A model generated the notes under the pieces. It searched no databases and was not told where the DNA came from. It saw only the letters and a list, made by a program, of their open reading frames with translations. This document shows positions 37,367 to 50,100 of a stretch of DNA of 64,000 bases, piece by piece. Each line of letters opens with the position of its first letter. Position 1 is the stretch's first letter. Location: the NCBI GenBank assembly GCA_002839435.1, contig PGYA01000012.1:1914-65913 (forward strand), given 5' to 3'. Made by a program: the position numbers and the translations under genes. The DNA is from Candidatus Riflebacteria bacterium HGW-Riflebacteria-2. GTDB taxonomy: Bacteria; Muiribacteriota; Ozemobacteria; Ozemobacterales; Ozemobacteraceae.

Positions 37367-38119
37367 TCATATTCCGCTCAGACCTGCTGCTTTGAGGGTG
37401 TTATAGATCTGAGCTACTGAAGAAGTAGCAGAGGTGTCTTCGCTTTTTGCAATGAGTATCAGGCGGCGCGCTTCGACATCGTCGCCGGCATTGGCGCGCC
37501 AGAAATGTGCGTAGGCCAGCATGGCGCGCGCTTCGGCTGTGCTGACGCCAATTGCCTGATGCTCCAGTGTCAGCCGATATGTGTCTTTGTCGAGACCGAT
37601 ACCAATAAGAATGTTTACTGCTTCTGACATTCTACTCTGACTGCCCTGCTGAATTAGACCCAGAGCGTAACCGAGTAGTGATTCTTTGAGATCACCGGCC
37701 TGGATGAAGTCGGACATGCCGGAGAGGGTGTTGTAGTATTTGACTCGTGACCATCCGCGGCCGTTATAAGCCTCGCGGCGTTCATCAACGGTAGCTCTTG
37801 TATCATTTATAGCGTCTTCGAAGTAAAGCATGGCGCCGCCCCAGTTGCCTGAATCCATGGCGAGCCAGCCTTTGTCTATTTTCTGGCTGACGGTCAGGGT
37901 AGTATCGGTTCCTGTGCCAGTTCCAGTGCCAGTGCCAGTGCTGGTTCCGGTTCCTGTGCCGGTGCCGATGATGATGACCGGCCCGGCCGGGTTTTCGCCG
38001 GGCAGAGTCTGACGGCCAGTGCCGCCCCCGCCGCCACCGCAGCCGATAACAAGGCTGACGCCGATGATGAACATTACGAATGCAGTTTTAATAAGGTTTT
38101 TCGTGGTAAGTTTAAGCAT
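37367..38119 (-). CDS. Lipoprotein with (Gly-Thr)n linker (partner of giant surface protein 2)
   Basis: Lipobox VIGC, a G6 run, then a GTGTGTGTSTGTGTGTGTGT linker, then a domain paralogous to 26474-27169. The ATG lies 3 nt after the giant gene's stop, with a GAGGT RBS inside the giant gene's 3' end. Confidence 0.65.
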   Translation of the reverse strand: MLKLTTKNLIKTAFVMFIIGVSLVIGCGGGGGGTGRQTLPGENPAGPVIIIGTGTGTGTSTGTGTGTGTGTDTTLTVSQKIDKGWLAMDSGNWGGAMLYFEDAINDTRATVDERREAYNGRGWSRVKYYNTLSGMSDFIQAGDLKESLLGYALGLIQQGSQSRMSEAVNILIGIGLDKDTYRLTLEHQAIGVSTAEARAMLAYAHFWRANAGDDVEARRLILIAKSEDTSATSSVAQIYNTLKAAGLSGI

Positions 38120-38122
38120 TTT

Positions 38123-41100
38123 TTACCTCAGCACTGCCAGTTTGAAGTTTCGTTTCGTTTTGATCGAGGGGTCGTCCGGGTCACGGATTACGATTCGGGC
38201 GAAGTAGACGCCGTTGGCGACCTGCTTGCCTTCGCTGTTGCGCAGATCCCATGGGATATCGTAAAGGTAACGTTGCGCAACCACATTCTCTTTCACGGCC
38301 TTGATGTAATCGAGGCTGCCGACTTTATGACCGGCGACATCGTAGATGGTTACCGTCACCAGATCGCTGGTAAGATCGTCGCGGTTGGCACTGATTCTGA
38401 TGAACATGCGGCGGTTGGCCGGGTTCGGATATTGCATGATCTGACTGATGCTAAGCGGCAGCACAATCTGGAACCTGGTAGCCGCCATCAGGCCGGTATT
38501 GCCGGTGCGGTCAGCCGCTTTGATCACGAGATCATGGTCGCCGGCGACCAGGTCTGCGATTGGTTTGAACAAGAAGTTGCCATTCCCATCTACTTGAACC
38601 GGCTGACCAGGTCCACCGTCGATGCGGGCGATAACGGTTCTGGGGTCGATACCTGAGCCGGCTTCTTCGACACGGCCTCTGAATTCGGGTCTGGCAGTGC
38701 GGAATGGCTCACTCATTTCCATGTCGGCGGCAAGATTCAATCTTGGCGCAGCGATATCGCGCATTACCGCGAAGATCTGCGGTGAGCCGGTGCGGGCAGC
38801 GAATGCCCCTTCCTTATCACGACTGGCGGTTACAAAGTTCCAGCTGTCGCCAACCTGGTTGAACAGGGCGATACCGGTGGTAGAAGTGGCTTCGCCGCTG
38901 GTAAGGCTGACTCCGAATCCGTCTTTGACTTTTGCCTTGAGAATGCCGATTTCATAAGCGTCAGAAACTGGAACCAGTTCGCTGTGGTTTGGCAATACCG
39001 TTTCGCTGGCGAGATTACCACGAAGTGAGCCGATTGCTGCTCTGAACTGATTTTGCAGCGCCGTTCTTATTGCGCCACCAGTTGCTTCAGACTTTTCGAG
39101 TTCATGTTTGAGGATTTTTACGGTAGCGTCTGAATTCAGACTCTGCTCGCTGAAATCGAGGGCAAGCCTGTTGTCGGCAGATTTAAGAATCGAGGCTCGG
39201 GCCGATGATATGTAGGCTACCGTGAAGCTGTTGGTGCCGTAGCCGGTATTTTCTGCAATATCCTGTGCTTCGGCACTGAGCGTGCCGTTGCCATTGTATG
39301 AAGGATTAAGGCTGACTCCCAGCATATATGACATATTATCGGCGCCCTTCTGCATAGTTGCAGTAACCACACTCGGTGCGCCGCTCTGACTGACACTCAG
39401 GTCCGGAGCTGCTTTTAGCGGTTCGTTGCTGGTAACGACTACGATGATGTCGTTTTCATTGGCCGGGTTCGAGAAGGCTGATACGATAAGGGTCGGCGGC
39501 GTGCGGTCCTGGCCCTTGAAAGCTTTCGAAGTGCTGCTAATGTTGCCAAGATCGTCTTTGATATTGCTGGCAGTAATTGTATAATCTGCATTCTCTGTAA
39601 GAGCCGGGCTGACAGTGACAACTACGCTGCGTTTATCGCCTGCCACGACTACCTTGCTTACAGTATAGGTGCCGGTTGCGGCAGTTACTACATAGTTGGT
39701 TTTGGTGCCGGCGCTTACACTTTCGCAGGCTTCGTCGAATTCGACTCTGAATTCCTGCTGGCCGGCCAGACCGGTGAAAGAAACATCGGCGATAACCGGG
39801 CCACGGGCATCGGCGACCAGTGTCGCCTGAGAGGCTGTAGAAAGGACAGCGGCACCGAAGATGCTCTTGATGCTGGCCGCGACAGTGAAGTCGTATGATT
39901 GTGCATGGGTGAATGCTGCGACGTTAAAGTCGAGAGCACGTTCCTGGGTGCGCGCCAGTCCACTGATAGCGAGCGTTGGTGTGGCTGTTATCGGAGTTCC
40001 GCCCAGAGTGCCGGCATCGATATCGTGGTTGAACCAGATGCGTGCTGATGCTGAAGCCGTCTGTTCCATTCCCATAACTCTGAATGGCGTCGTTCTTGCA
40101 AAAACCGTTGTCGAGATGCCGGCCGGGTTGCCGGCGAGGTCGGTTGCCGTGAGCGTGTAATAACCATCTATTACCAGATTGCCGACGGCATCGGTACCGT
40201 TCCAGGTGGCGCTGGCGGTTCCGGCGTCTACCGGCAGGCGTTTAACCAGTGTACCAAGCTGGTCTCTGACTTCGATATACCAGATGTTGGTTTCGTCAAC
40301 CGGAGTAGTCGGAGAACTGGCTATTATATTGAGATCACCGGCTGAAGGAGCGAAAGAAGTGACAGTGAGTCCATTCTGCGTCATCACATAAGTTGCGACA
40401 TCAGGAGCCAGTGAATCGATTATCAGATCGAAGTCAAGAACAATGGTCAGACCGTCAGAAGCAAGTCCGGCGACGTTTCCGGCAGCGTCTACCATGTCGA
40501 GTTTGTAGGCTCCGTCAGGCATTCGATCAAATGGCGTGCGACTGTACTGGCCTTCGAAATTGCAGGACCATTTGTCGTTGCCGGCACTGGTCAGCAGATA
40601 AGTGTCGGTAGAATTGGTGCCGCGAATCCGCAGACGTGGCGCCATCGTCTCGAGGTTCGATAGAGAGAAGGTCGTGGTGAAATAGCGTTGCCGGTCAGGG
40701 CTGAAGTAGACTGAGTCGGTAGCCGTTTCCGCACCGACGATAGCGATGTCGCGCACCAGCGGGTCGTCGTTATCCATTGTCCAGAAGTGGCTTTCAAGAG
40801 AGAGATCGCCTTTGTCGTCGGCAACCCTTATGATATATGTGGTTGCCGTTGCCGGCCCATTCGTGCTTGTCCAGGCGAAACTCGCGATTAAACCATTGAG
40901 AACAAGAGGGTAAGAAGCGATTGTCGTGTTGGCGAGCATGAAATGCAGATGTATCGGTTCTGCATCAGGCGGTGCTGACAGCTGAAGTGTAATGGTAGCC
41001 ATGTTTGGTGTGTAGTTTAAGTTGAAAGGCTGGTCGGTCAGCATTTCCAGGCCACTGGCAAGGGTTGCGCTGGCGGTGGTTGACTGGTACGAAGTTGTAG

Positions 41101-44100
41101 TCCATGAGGCGACGATCGGGCCGCGTGAGCGAACGACCATGGTGCCGGCGTTGCTGGTGTCAAGTTTGTTGCCGGTGAGATCCCAGGCTACAACGCGGCA
41201 GTCGTAATCACCCTGTGGCAGGGCGTTGCTGATTGTGGCAGTATTTACGAACTGTGCTGTGCCAGATGCTGTCCAGCCTTTGAAAGTACAGGCGATCTGG
41301 GCTGTTGTTGTAGCAATAACCAGAGTCGGTGTAGCCGAAGACAGTTCATTCATGTGCTCGTTGAACTGCACTGTGAAGGTGGCGCCGCCGGCTGTAGCAC
41401 TGACGATCGGCAGGGCGGTCGAAGTCGTGGCGACCAGAACGATCGGAGCTGTGCGGTCGACGACAAACATCGTTATCGAAGCGGTGCCGGTGGCAAAGTT
41501 GCCGGCCATGTCGGCGGCGGTGATCAGGTAGTGCCCTTCTGCGATCGTGGCAGCGCTGGCGACTGAAATCGAATAGGTGCTGATGCCGGTGGTAAGATTG
41601 CTATACATGTTCCAGGTGTAAGGCAATGCCGTTGTCGTGGCTATTACCAGAACGAGAGAATCGGTTGCCGTTGAGGCACTGGTCTCAAATCTGACATTGA
41701 GTGCGCCGTGCAACTGCTCGTTGTAATAGAGCGGGTTGTTTATGGCATTGGAGACGGTACTGATGGCGGCAGTGGCAACTACCGGCTGGATGCCATCATA
41801 GACTATTGGCAGGGTGTAAGTGGCGCTGATGTTGCCAATATTGTCGATAAGCCTGAAGCTGTAAGATTCGGTGGCAGCTCCTGGATTGCCGAGAGCGCTT
41901 GAGTTAAGCGTGAACGTGCTGATGCCACCAACTGCACCGGGCACCACAGCTTCTGATGCGAGATTGTTTGAGCTGTCGTAGATTCTTATCAGGTGCGGTT
42001 CTTGATATGGATGTCCGCCGGCAGTGCGATAATTGAGTGACAAAGAGGCAATGTCGGGCCCGGCGGCAAAGGCTTCGAATGACAACGGACGATTGATCAG
42101 CGCTTGAGTTCCGTAAAGGTCGGTCTGGTTGCTGACCACCTGGAATGCTGTCAGGTCTGGTTCCTCAGTGAACAATACAATCGTGAACGAGCCCAGGTCG
42201 GGAACAATGTTGGGGTTGCCGGCATAGTCTCTGGCGCCGCTTATCTGATAACTGTAGGTTCCTGGTGTGAATGACTTGTCGATGGCGACAGTGTTGGTGA
42301 ATTCGCAGGTGCTTGAGCTTATCCATCTGGTGGCGCGCATGGTTATCGTGCCGCTGTCGGAAGCCAGCGTCAGGGTTGGCGAAGCAGCACCAGTATTCAT
42401 ACCTGAATCAAAGGTGAGTTGGAATATTCCTGTATTGGTGGCCACGACGCCGGTGCTCGTCGAAGGCAGACCGGCGATGATTGCCACAGCCGAAGCCAGT
42501 TTCGGTGCGTCGGTATCGATTATTAAAAGCGAGGTCGATGCAGTTCCGTCGGCTATGTTGCCGGCGGTATCGACGCCGGTGATCAGATAGGCGCCGTCCG
42601 GCAGTGTGGCTACATTACCGGTGCTGACATCGACGAGAGAAGATAACTGCATGCTATGTGACAAAGCGCCGGTTGTCATATCAGCAACATAGGTCGCGTT
42701 AGTATTTATATTTAACGCGAGAAGTCTCAATACATCTGGGTTGATTGTGGTGATGCCGATGCTTGTGTCTGCGACATTGGGCGAATGATACAGGGCTATA
42801 GCGGGAGCATATTCAGTATTGGTAGCAATGCCCGGTCCTGATGTCATGGCGATGGCTGTATTGATCGTTGGGGTGGCGGTGTCGTATCTGAACCCGAAAG
42901 AGGGAGAATAATCGCCGCCGGAGTCGCGAACGCGCAGAGTGTAGCTGGCGTCCTGTGGGTGCCCGCCTGCCCATGACCAGGATGCGTTTGCCGGTTCGAA
43001 AGGTATGATAGATGGAGTGGGCAGAGGCAGGCCGGTATAACTGCCGACATCTGTTGCTCCTGAAGAGACTATCAGATCGTAAGTGTCGAATGTAGTGCCG
43101 ATAAAGTCGATGCGGATGGTGGCTGAGCCTGGAGCTGTATAGAACGGATTATAGCCGAGATTAGCCTGCGGCGTGGTGCCATAGATATGGCTCTGATTAG
43201 TATAATTAGTTATGTTCACATAAGGTCCGGCAGTATAGACTTCGATGGTCTTAGTCTGGTCGCTGGCAGGGGTTCTTGTGTTGAATGCAAGGTCTCTTCC
43301 ACCGGTCATGGTGAATCGGTATTGGCCGGTTTCAAGAGCAGAAGTTATGTCGCCAATATTTTCGTAAATAGCAGTTGAAGCTACGGCAGGATTTACCCAG
43401 CCTACGAAACGCCAGTTGATGGTCGAAGCATTTCTAGTGAGAACAAGGTTTGGTTCCTGAGCCGGGTCTGCATCCATTGGCTCAGAGAAGGTTACAACCA
43501 GCCTCGTTTCAGAGGCCAAACATTTGCCAATGTAGTAAGGCCCGGGCTGTCCGGCCGAGTATTCTGGTACAATAGATAGGAGAACTGGTGCAGAGGCATC
43601 TGCGTAAACTTTGCGGGTTGCCGAACCGGTGCCGATATTGCCGGCAAGATCGACAACTGTAAAGGTATAGGGCCCGTCAGCATAGGTGCTGCCAGTGGCA
43701 AGAAAGTAGTTGCCAGGGGTGCCGCTATTGTTTAACAGCTGAGCCGAAGTTGCCGTGCCATTGTAAACGGCGAGACGGAGCGTATCGGTTGTGACTGCAG
43801 CAAAGTTGAGAATCAGGTCGCCATCAAGTGGATTGAAGTAAGTATACTCGGCAGTGGTTGAGCCGACTCCCAGTCCGCCGATAGTAAAGCTGGTCATTGC
43901 AGGAGGAAGGCCATCGTATACTATGTTGAGAACATTATCAGTGCGGTTGTAAAGAGAGTCTCTGATTCTCACGGCATAGCTTTTCGGGCCGATGTTTGCG
44001 GCGGCTATGGCAGAAATTGTTGCTGTGGCAAGGCTTCCGCTGATAGATAATGGTACGCTTCCTTGCAGCACGCCACTGATCGGGTCGTAGATCTCCAGGT

Positions 44101-47100
44101 AGTGAGGGAAGTTCTGCGTTGGCGCCGTTGTGTAGGTCACACTGAATATTGCGTTGCCTCCGATATACTGACTCCAGGGCTGGTCGATCAGTATGTCAGT
44201 TGAAATGGTGGGCTGAACTGTGCGCAAGACAACATCGCCGGCGCTGACTTCGGGGGCGTATGTGCGAACTTCAACCGGGAAAGCGGTTGCGCCGGTCGTT
44301 GTCATGACGTTGCCGGCGACGTCGGTGCCGCCGGAAACCTGATAATACCAGGTGCCGTTTGGCAGGGTAGAGGTAAAGGCAGAGTCATTAGTGAACTCGG
44401 CAGTCGCTGAAGCAGACCAGGAAGAGAACGTAAAAGTCATGGTCTCGGTCGAAGTTGCAAGCGTGAGAGTTGGAATGACCGCCTGGTTCATTGCTTCGTC
44501 GAAGTTCACGCGGAATATTGAACCGGCCGGGATTTTGCCGATGTAATCGTTCGGTATGATCGAGTTGACCATTACCACAGGCTTTTGCGTGTCAAGAATA
44601 ACTTCGGCTGAGGCAGTGTCGGTAAACCCTTCGACTGCTCCGTCGTTTTTGCTGTTCAGATCGTAAGCATAGGATGCAGTCATATCTTTGGTGTTGCCAA
44701 AAATGTCAGTTACGCCATAAATGTTTACTACCGCCGGAACACTCTGCAGGTTAGATGGCAGAGCAGCCGTGTTCTGGTAGCGGAAGACGCCACGTAGTCT
44801 GCCATCGACAGTACGTTCTGTGTAGTTGATGAATGTTCCTGAGGCAACCCAGGTGTTGCCGGCATCCTGTAAGAAAATGCCTGCTCTGGGTGTGGTCTGC
44901 CATTGCAACGGCAGCGGGATGCCATCCATATCAGGCGGGAACACTTCGACTTCAAATATAAGTTCACCTGCGAGCTTGGCACTGACTGGCGGCTTGTCGC
45001 TCATCGAAACGGCCGCCAGAGTTGCGCTTGTGGCTGGGGTTCCTGTGGCTACCTGCATTGCGCCCGGGTAGCTTGAAGGCAGATAGGCAAGGTTGGAGTT
45101 GCCCCACAGGTTGGTGAAGGCACCGGCCTGGATCGTCATTTCCCAGATCGGACTGGGATTGTTCTTATAGAGTGCAAGGATGTTTACCAGATCGTCGTCG
45201 TTAAGTTTCAGGGTTACGGTTGTGCTTGCAAACAGCGGATTAGTCGTAGATGCGAGAGGCTCCAGCTGTAGAACCTGGGTGCTGCCACTGTTGCTTTCGT
45301 GAAGAATTATCTTGCCATGAAAGCCGGTAACGCGGTTGTTGAAAGTAGGCACTGGCTCAATAAGATAGGGCGTCGCGTTGTTGTTGTATGGACTGTTCGA
45401 AAGCAGCAGCAGGTCGCTTGCAGAAAGAACCAGACTGCGTTCTCCTATACTCAATTTAGGATCATCAGGCGGCCCAAGGAATGCAAAGTTAGATACGGGG
45501 CGGTTATCCAAGCCTGCGAGGGGAGAACTCGGGTCAATATGGGTGACCGGTTTGCCGAGAAAGTCAATGACAAAAGGCTTAAGTGTGTTTCTGCAGGCAA
45601 TATAGAGTTTCTGGCTGGTATTGTTGGTAAGCTTTTTGGCTACCCAGCGGCGACCTGTTTCGCACAGAGAGATACGCAGATGGTTTGGACTTTGCCACAC
45701 GAATGTATCAGAAGCCTGTGCCGTACTCGAGGCCTGAAATACATAACCTAGATTGTAATCTACATTTGTTTCAAACGTTCCACTGGTGTCGGAAGCCAGC
45801 AGCAGCACTGCCGCCGTTGCTGCGAGGCTATCCAGATCCATGTTCTTGCTGAACAGCAGGTCTATGTTAATGGAATTAGGCCAGTTCTGTTCTACCGTAA
45901 AATGTGTTATGCGCGCAGGTTCGCGCCATGCCGAATCGGTGATGGTAATCGGGAAATATTCTACGGGTCGCAATTCGTTACCCCACATGTCAGTTACGGC
46001 TGAAGTAGCGGTATTGGTGACCTTGAGGTAAATCGGTGTAGATGCCCATCCAGCCATTGTTCTGAGATGGCTTATGTCAAGTTCAAGCTGAAAGCTTGAC
46101 CAGTCAAGAATTTCGTTCGGAGCAGTAGCATTGAAGGTAAGGCTTGCCGGCGCGCCGAGAGTAGAACTGCCAACAATCTGCCAGTTTTCGACAACAAAAG
46201 TGTCGTTGTCGAAATTCTCGGAAAGTGCTACTGAAAGAATGTTGCCATCAAATTCAGCGCTGACAAGTGTTGGCGCTATGTTGTCAATGAACAGGCGCTC
46301 GGAGGTGTAGGTTGCATTGCCGGCTTGATCAATGGCATACAGCCAGACTCTTCTTGAAACACCGTCTTCGATTGGGGGCAGTCGGTTTACGGTATAACCC
46401 GAAATGGTAACCGCGCTGCTGCTGTTCTCTGTTTTCAGATCGACTGTGCCGGTGCCGAATTCTCTGAAGTCGAGCCAGGCTTTGTGAATGATGAGATTGT
46501 CCGCAAAGGTTATTGATGCGATAAGGCCATCGCCGGTCGTGCTGCTGGCCAGGTTGTAGATCAGGATATCCGTGCTGGTAGTCGCCAGATAATAGTTGGG
46601 AAAGAGGTTTATGCCGGTGGTGAGAGCTGTCGGCATGATGTTTCGCACGACAAAATCACCTGTTGTGTAAGTTGTCGTGCTTACATTGTTGACATTATCG
46701 ACTGCTCTTACTCTGTAAAGAAGCTCTTCAGTTATTACAGGCCAGGCAGTCGCTGAATGAGTGGCAATTGTAATTGTGCCTTCATGCCGATTGTTGGCAG
46801 AATTGAAGGTTAGTGTCGTTGTGGCATAATCGACTTCTACACCGGCGGTGAGTGACGCAAGATTTCCGTAAAGTACTGCATCCTGATAATAGGTTGCGCT
46901 TGCCCAGACCATCACGACATCGCCCGGGCCAGCGAAACCGGGGTTAACCAGACCGTTGTCCTGCCAGAGAACGAGACCTGCAAGGTTATCGTCCAATATC
47001 ACCGGCCGACAGTCGATTTCAGTAAAAAGCTGCGAATTCGATGAGGCAGAATTCCCGGCATCATCCAAGATGGATGCAGTAAATCGTACGTTTGTGTATT

Positions 47101-50100
47101 CTGTTGGACTGTCAAGAGTAATTACTTCTGAAGCTATCCACAGTGATCCGGCTCCGGTAACTTCGGTATTGATCATTGGATAACTGGCATTATTTATACC
47201 GATCATGCGAAGGTCGATTGTCACGCTGTCACTGGAGATAGTCGTATCGCTGTCCAGGCGGAGGGTGAAGGTCAATTCCTCGCCGCTGCGAATGATTCCC
47301 GGCTGGCTGTTCCCGGAAACCGTGAGAGCTGTTGCCACCTGTGGTGCCGAACTGTCGATAAAGATTGTGGGATCGGTGCTGGCAGTTGCATAGTTCTGAT
47401 CGTTGTCACGAGCAGTTATAAGCCATGATGTGTCGGTTCCATTGACGTTTCCGGCTGCAATTGTCGCTGTGTATTCATAACGATTAAATCCACCATCGAC
47501 TGCGGTAAAAGTCATCGCCTGAGCGCTGCTCAGGCCGAGATTGCTCAGGTTTATTGTCGGTACGACATTCTCGTTGTTCCTGACTCGTGCGGTGAATAGA
47601 ATGCTGTCGCCAACTTTGGCGGTTGATCCGCCGCCGACAACAGTTGCAGTGGGAGTTGCATTGGCATTGAAAACCGGTGGCCAGTTATCGACTTTTCGCA
47701 TTCCTGATTGTGTGAAGGTTACATTTCCTGAAACGTCTCTTACTGTTGCTGCAAAACGATGGCTGCTGGAGTCATATTCATAAGGTATGGTGTTGTCCAG
47801 GGAGTATGTGAAAATTCTGTTACCGGCAGTATAAGTCATGGTAGCCACATTCGAGAGTCCAAACTTGCTGAGATCCAATGTGGCGCTGGTGATAGCAACA
47901 TCAGCTTCGTCTGTTAACGGATCGAGAGTGACAGTAATATCAATGATTTTGTTCAAATTGATGATGCTTATGTCAGTGTCATCTGGCGGGTCATTGCGAT
48001 AAGATACATTCAGATCGAAGTCAGTGACTTTGACGGGCTGGTTGTCAATGTTTACGAATATAGTTTCTGTGTCAGTGTTGCCAGCGTCATCGGTAGCTGT
48101 TACCAGGAATGGAACATTGTTCTGGCGGTCGAGGATTCCTTCACTGAGACCTCCAGATACCGTATACACATACCAGCCTTGCGCGCTTGGATAGCCGCCG
48201 ATATTGGAAGGCATCATATTCTCGTTGTTGCCAAGGCCCAGACTAGTCAGATCGATGGTAACCGTGACCGGATTGCTTGCCACCTGGGCTAGAAGGTTAA
48301 GTGAGTTTCCTATGATTAGGAACGTGGCAGGATTACCATTGGTTACTATTGCGGTGCTTGCTATGTTGGGCGGTTCGTTGTCAATTGTCAGGGCATTTGT
48401 ATAGTAATCATCGTAAAGATGTCCAATAAGGTCAGCACCATGTATCGAATTTATAGTGTCGTTGAACGAGACTCTAAAAGATACAAAGGTATCAACTCTT
48501 GGCGGACTGGCAGGGGACAGTCTTGCGTCAAGAAGGGTTTGCGGCGGGGTGCGGTAGACTCCGCCTCCTACAGACAGCAGCGTTGTAAACGTTGACAAAC
48601 CTACGGAAGACAGGTCAACTGTAATGGAACCGTTTTCGATGCCCGTTGCGTTACATTGTACTGTGAATTCATCGTCAACTTTTATTATAGAGCTGTTTTG
48701 CGGATTTGCGCTGGTCAACTGTATCCCTGTTACGACAGGAGGGTTACTGTCAACACCAATCGCAGGAGTCGTTGTTCGGGCAACTATGTTGCCTGCAGTG
48801 TCCCTGGCATAAATTGTGAACGAGTATTTGGCGCCATCCTCAAGTGACCCCTGAGCAATGTTGAAATCTGCCTGATAGCTGGCTATGTCGGGGACGATCT
48901 GGTTTAGCCTGAACTCAGAGGCCCCTCCTATGGGTGTTAAATCTACAAAAACTACAGTTCCGTTGTCGGGGGGGGAATCCAGGACAAGCTCAGACCAGAA
49001 TCTGATGAAACCGGTTGTTGTGGCTACATCGGTTATCGGAGATATTACGCCTTCACTATATACTGTACCAGAGGCGTTGATTATACTTGGCCTCAGCAGG
49101 TCTACCGTAATTTCTATTGTTCTGGTTACAACATTACCACTGTTGTCTCTGACATTAAAAGTTATAGGAACAACACCGGAAAGGTTAGTTGCCCTGAGTT
49201 CGACGATCAAAGACCACTCTGCCGGGAGACCAGGCCCGTTAGACTGAGACAACGGCATAGGATAAGGATTGTCAATAGCAGGGTTTGCTGCAAGATTGGT
49301 TAAAAGCGGAGCAGTAACTGATGCCGTGTCAAAATCATAGTTGCTAACACTGACTTTCAGTTGCAGGCGATCGCCGGGTCTGGCAATAGCATTACCTGAA
49401 AGAATAGTAACGCTTGCATCTGCTATCACAGGGTAAGCGTTATCCAGTTGAATCTGATTAGTAGAATAGACGACAGCAGGATGAACCGCTATTGGATCAT
49501 CAAGCGTGATGTTCAACGTTACAGGCCCATTGGTATCAGTGTTAGCAGGAAGAGTATAGTTAAGGGTGAAAGTGCCTCCACCATCTGTCATCACCACTGC
49601 AGCAGGCAGAGCAGCGCTGATAGGGGTAAGATCGACAGTTGCTGTCGTTCCAGGCTGGTAACATGCGTCAGTAATAGACACTGTCAAAAGATTTCCTACG
49701 ATGCTTGCGGCGGCCGGGACAGGATTCGCTCTAACTTGAATGAGGTCGAAAGGTCTAGCTCCCAGCGTTACCTGTGTTGAAACAGCATCTAAGATATCAA
49801 TAACTCCATTTACATTGCTGTCCCACCGCGCAGATACTGTAAAGCTGGTTAAAGCTGTTGTTGTGTTCGGTGTAATACTGGGTGCCGGGCGAAAATTGAG
49901 ATTTTGAGCTACAGTACTGTATGTTGTGCCATTTACAATCGCCAATGGTTCATTGTTGGAGAGTCCAATTGCTGAGAGATCAACAGTAGGGAAACTTCCA
50001 AGAGTATTTGTTGCTATACAACTTATGACGATACTGTCACCGACGTTAGCAACTCCATTGCCATCGTTGTCATTGAGAGTGAGCTGTGCCGAATTGATCT

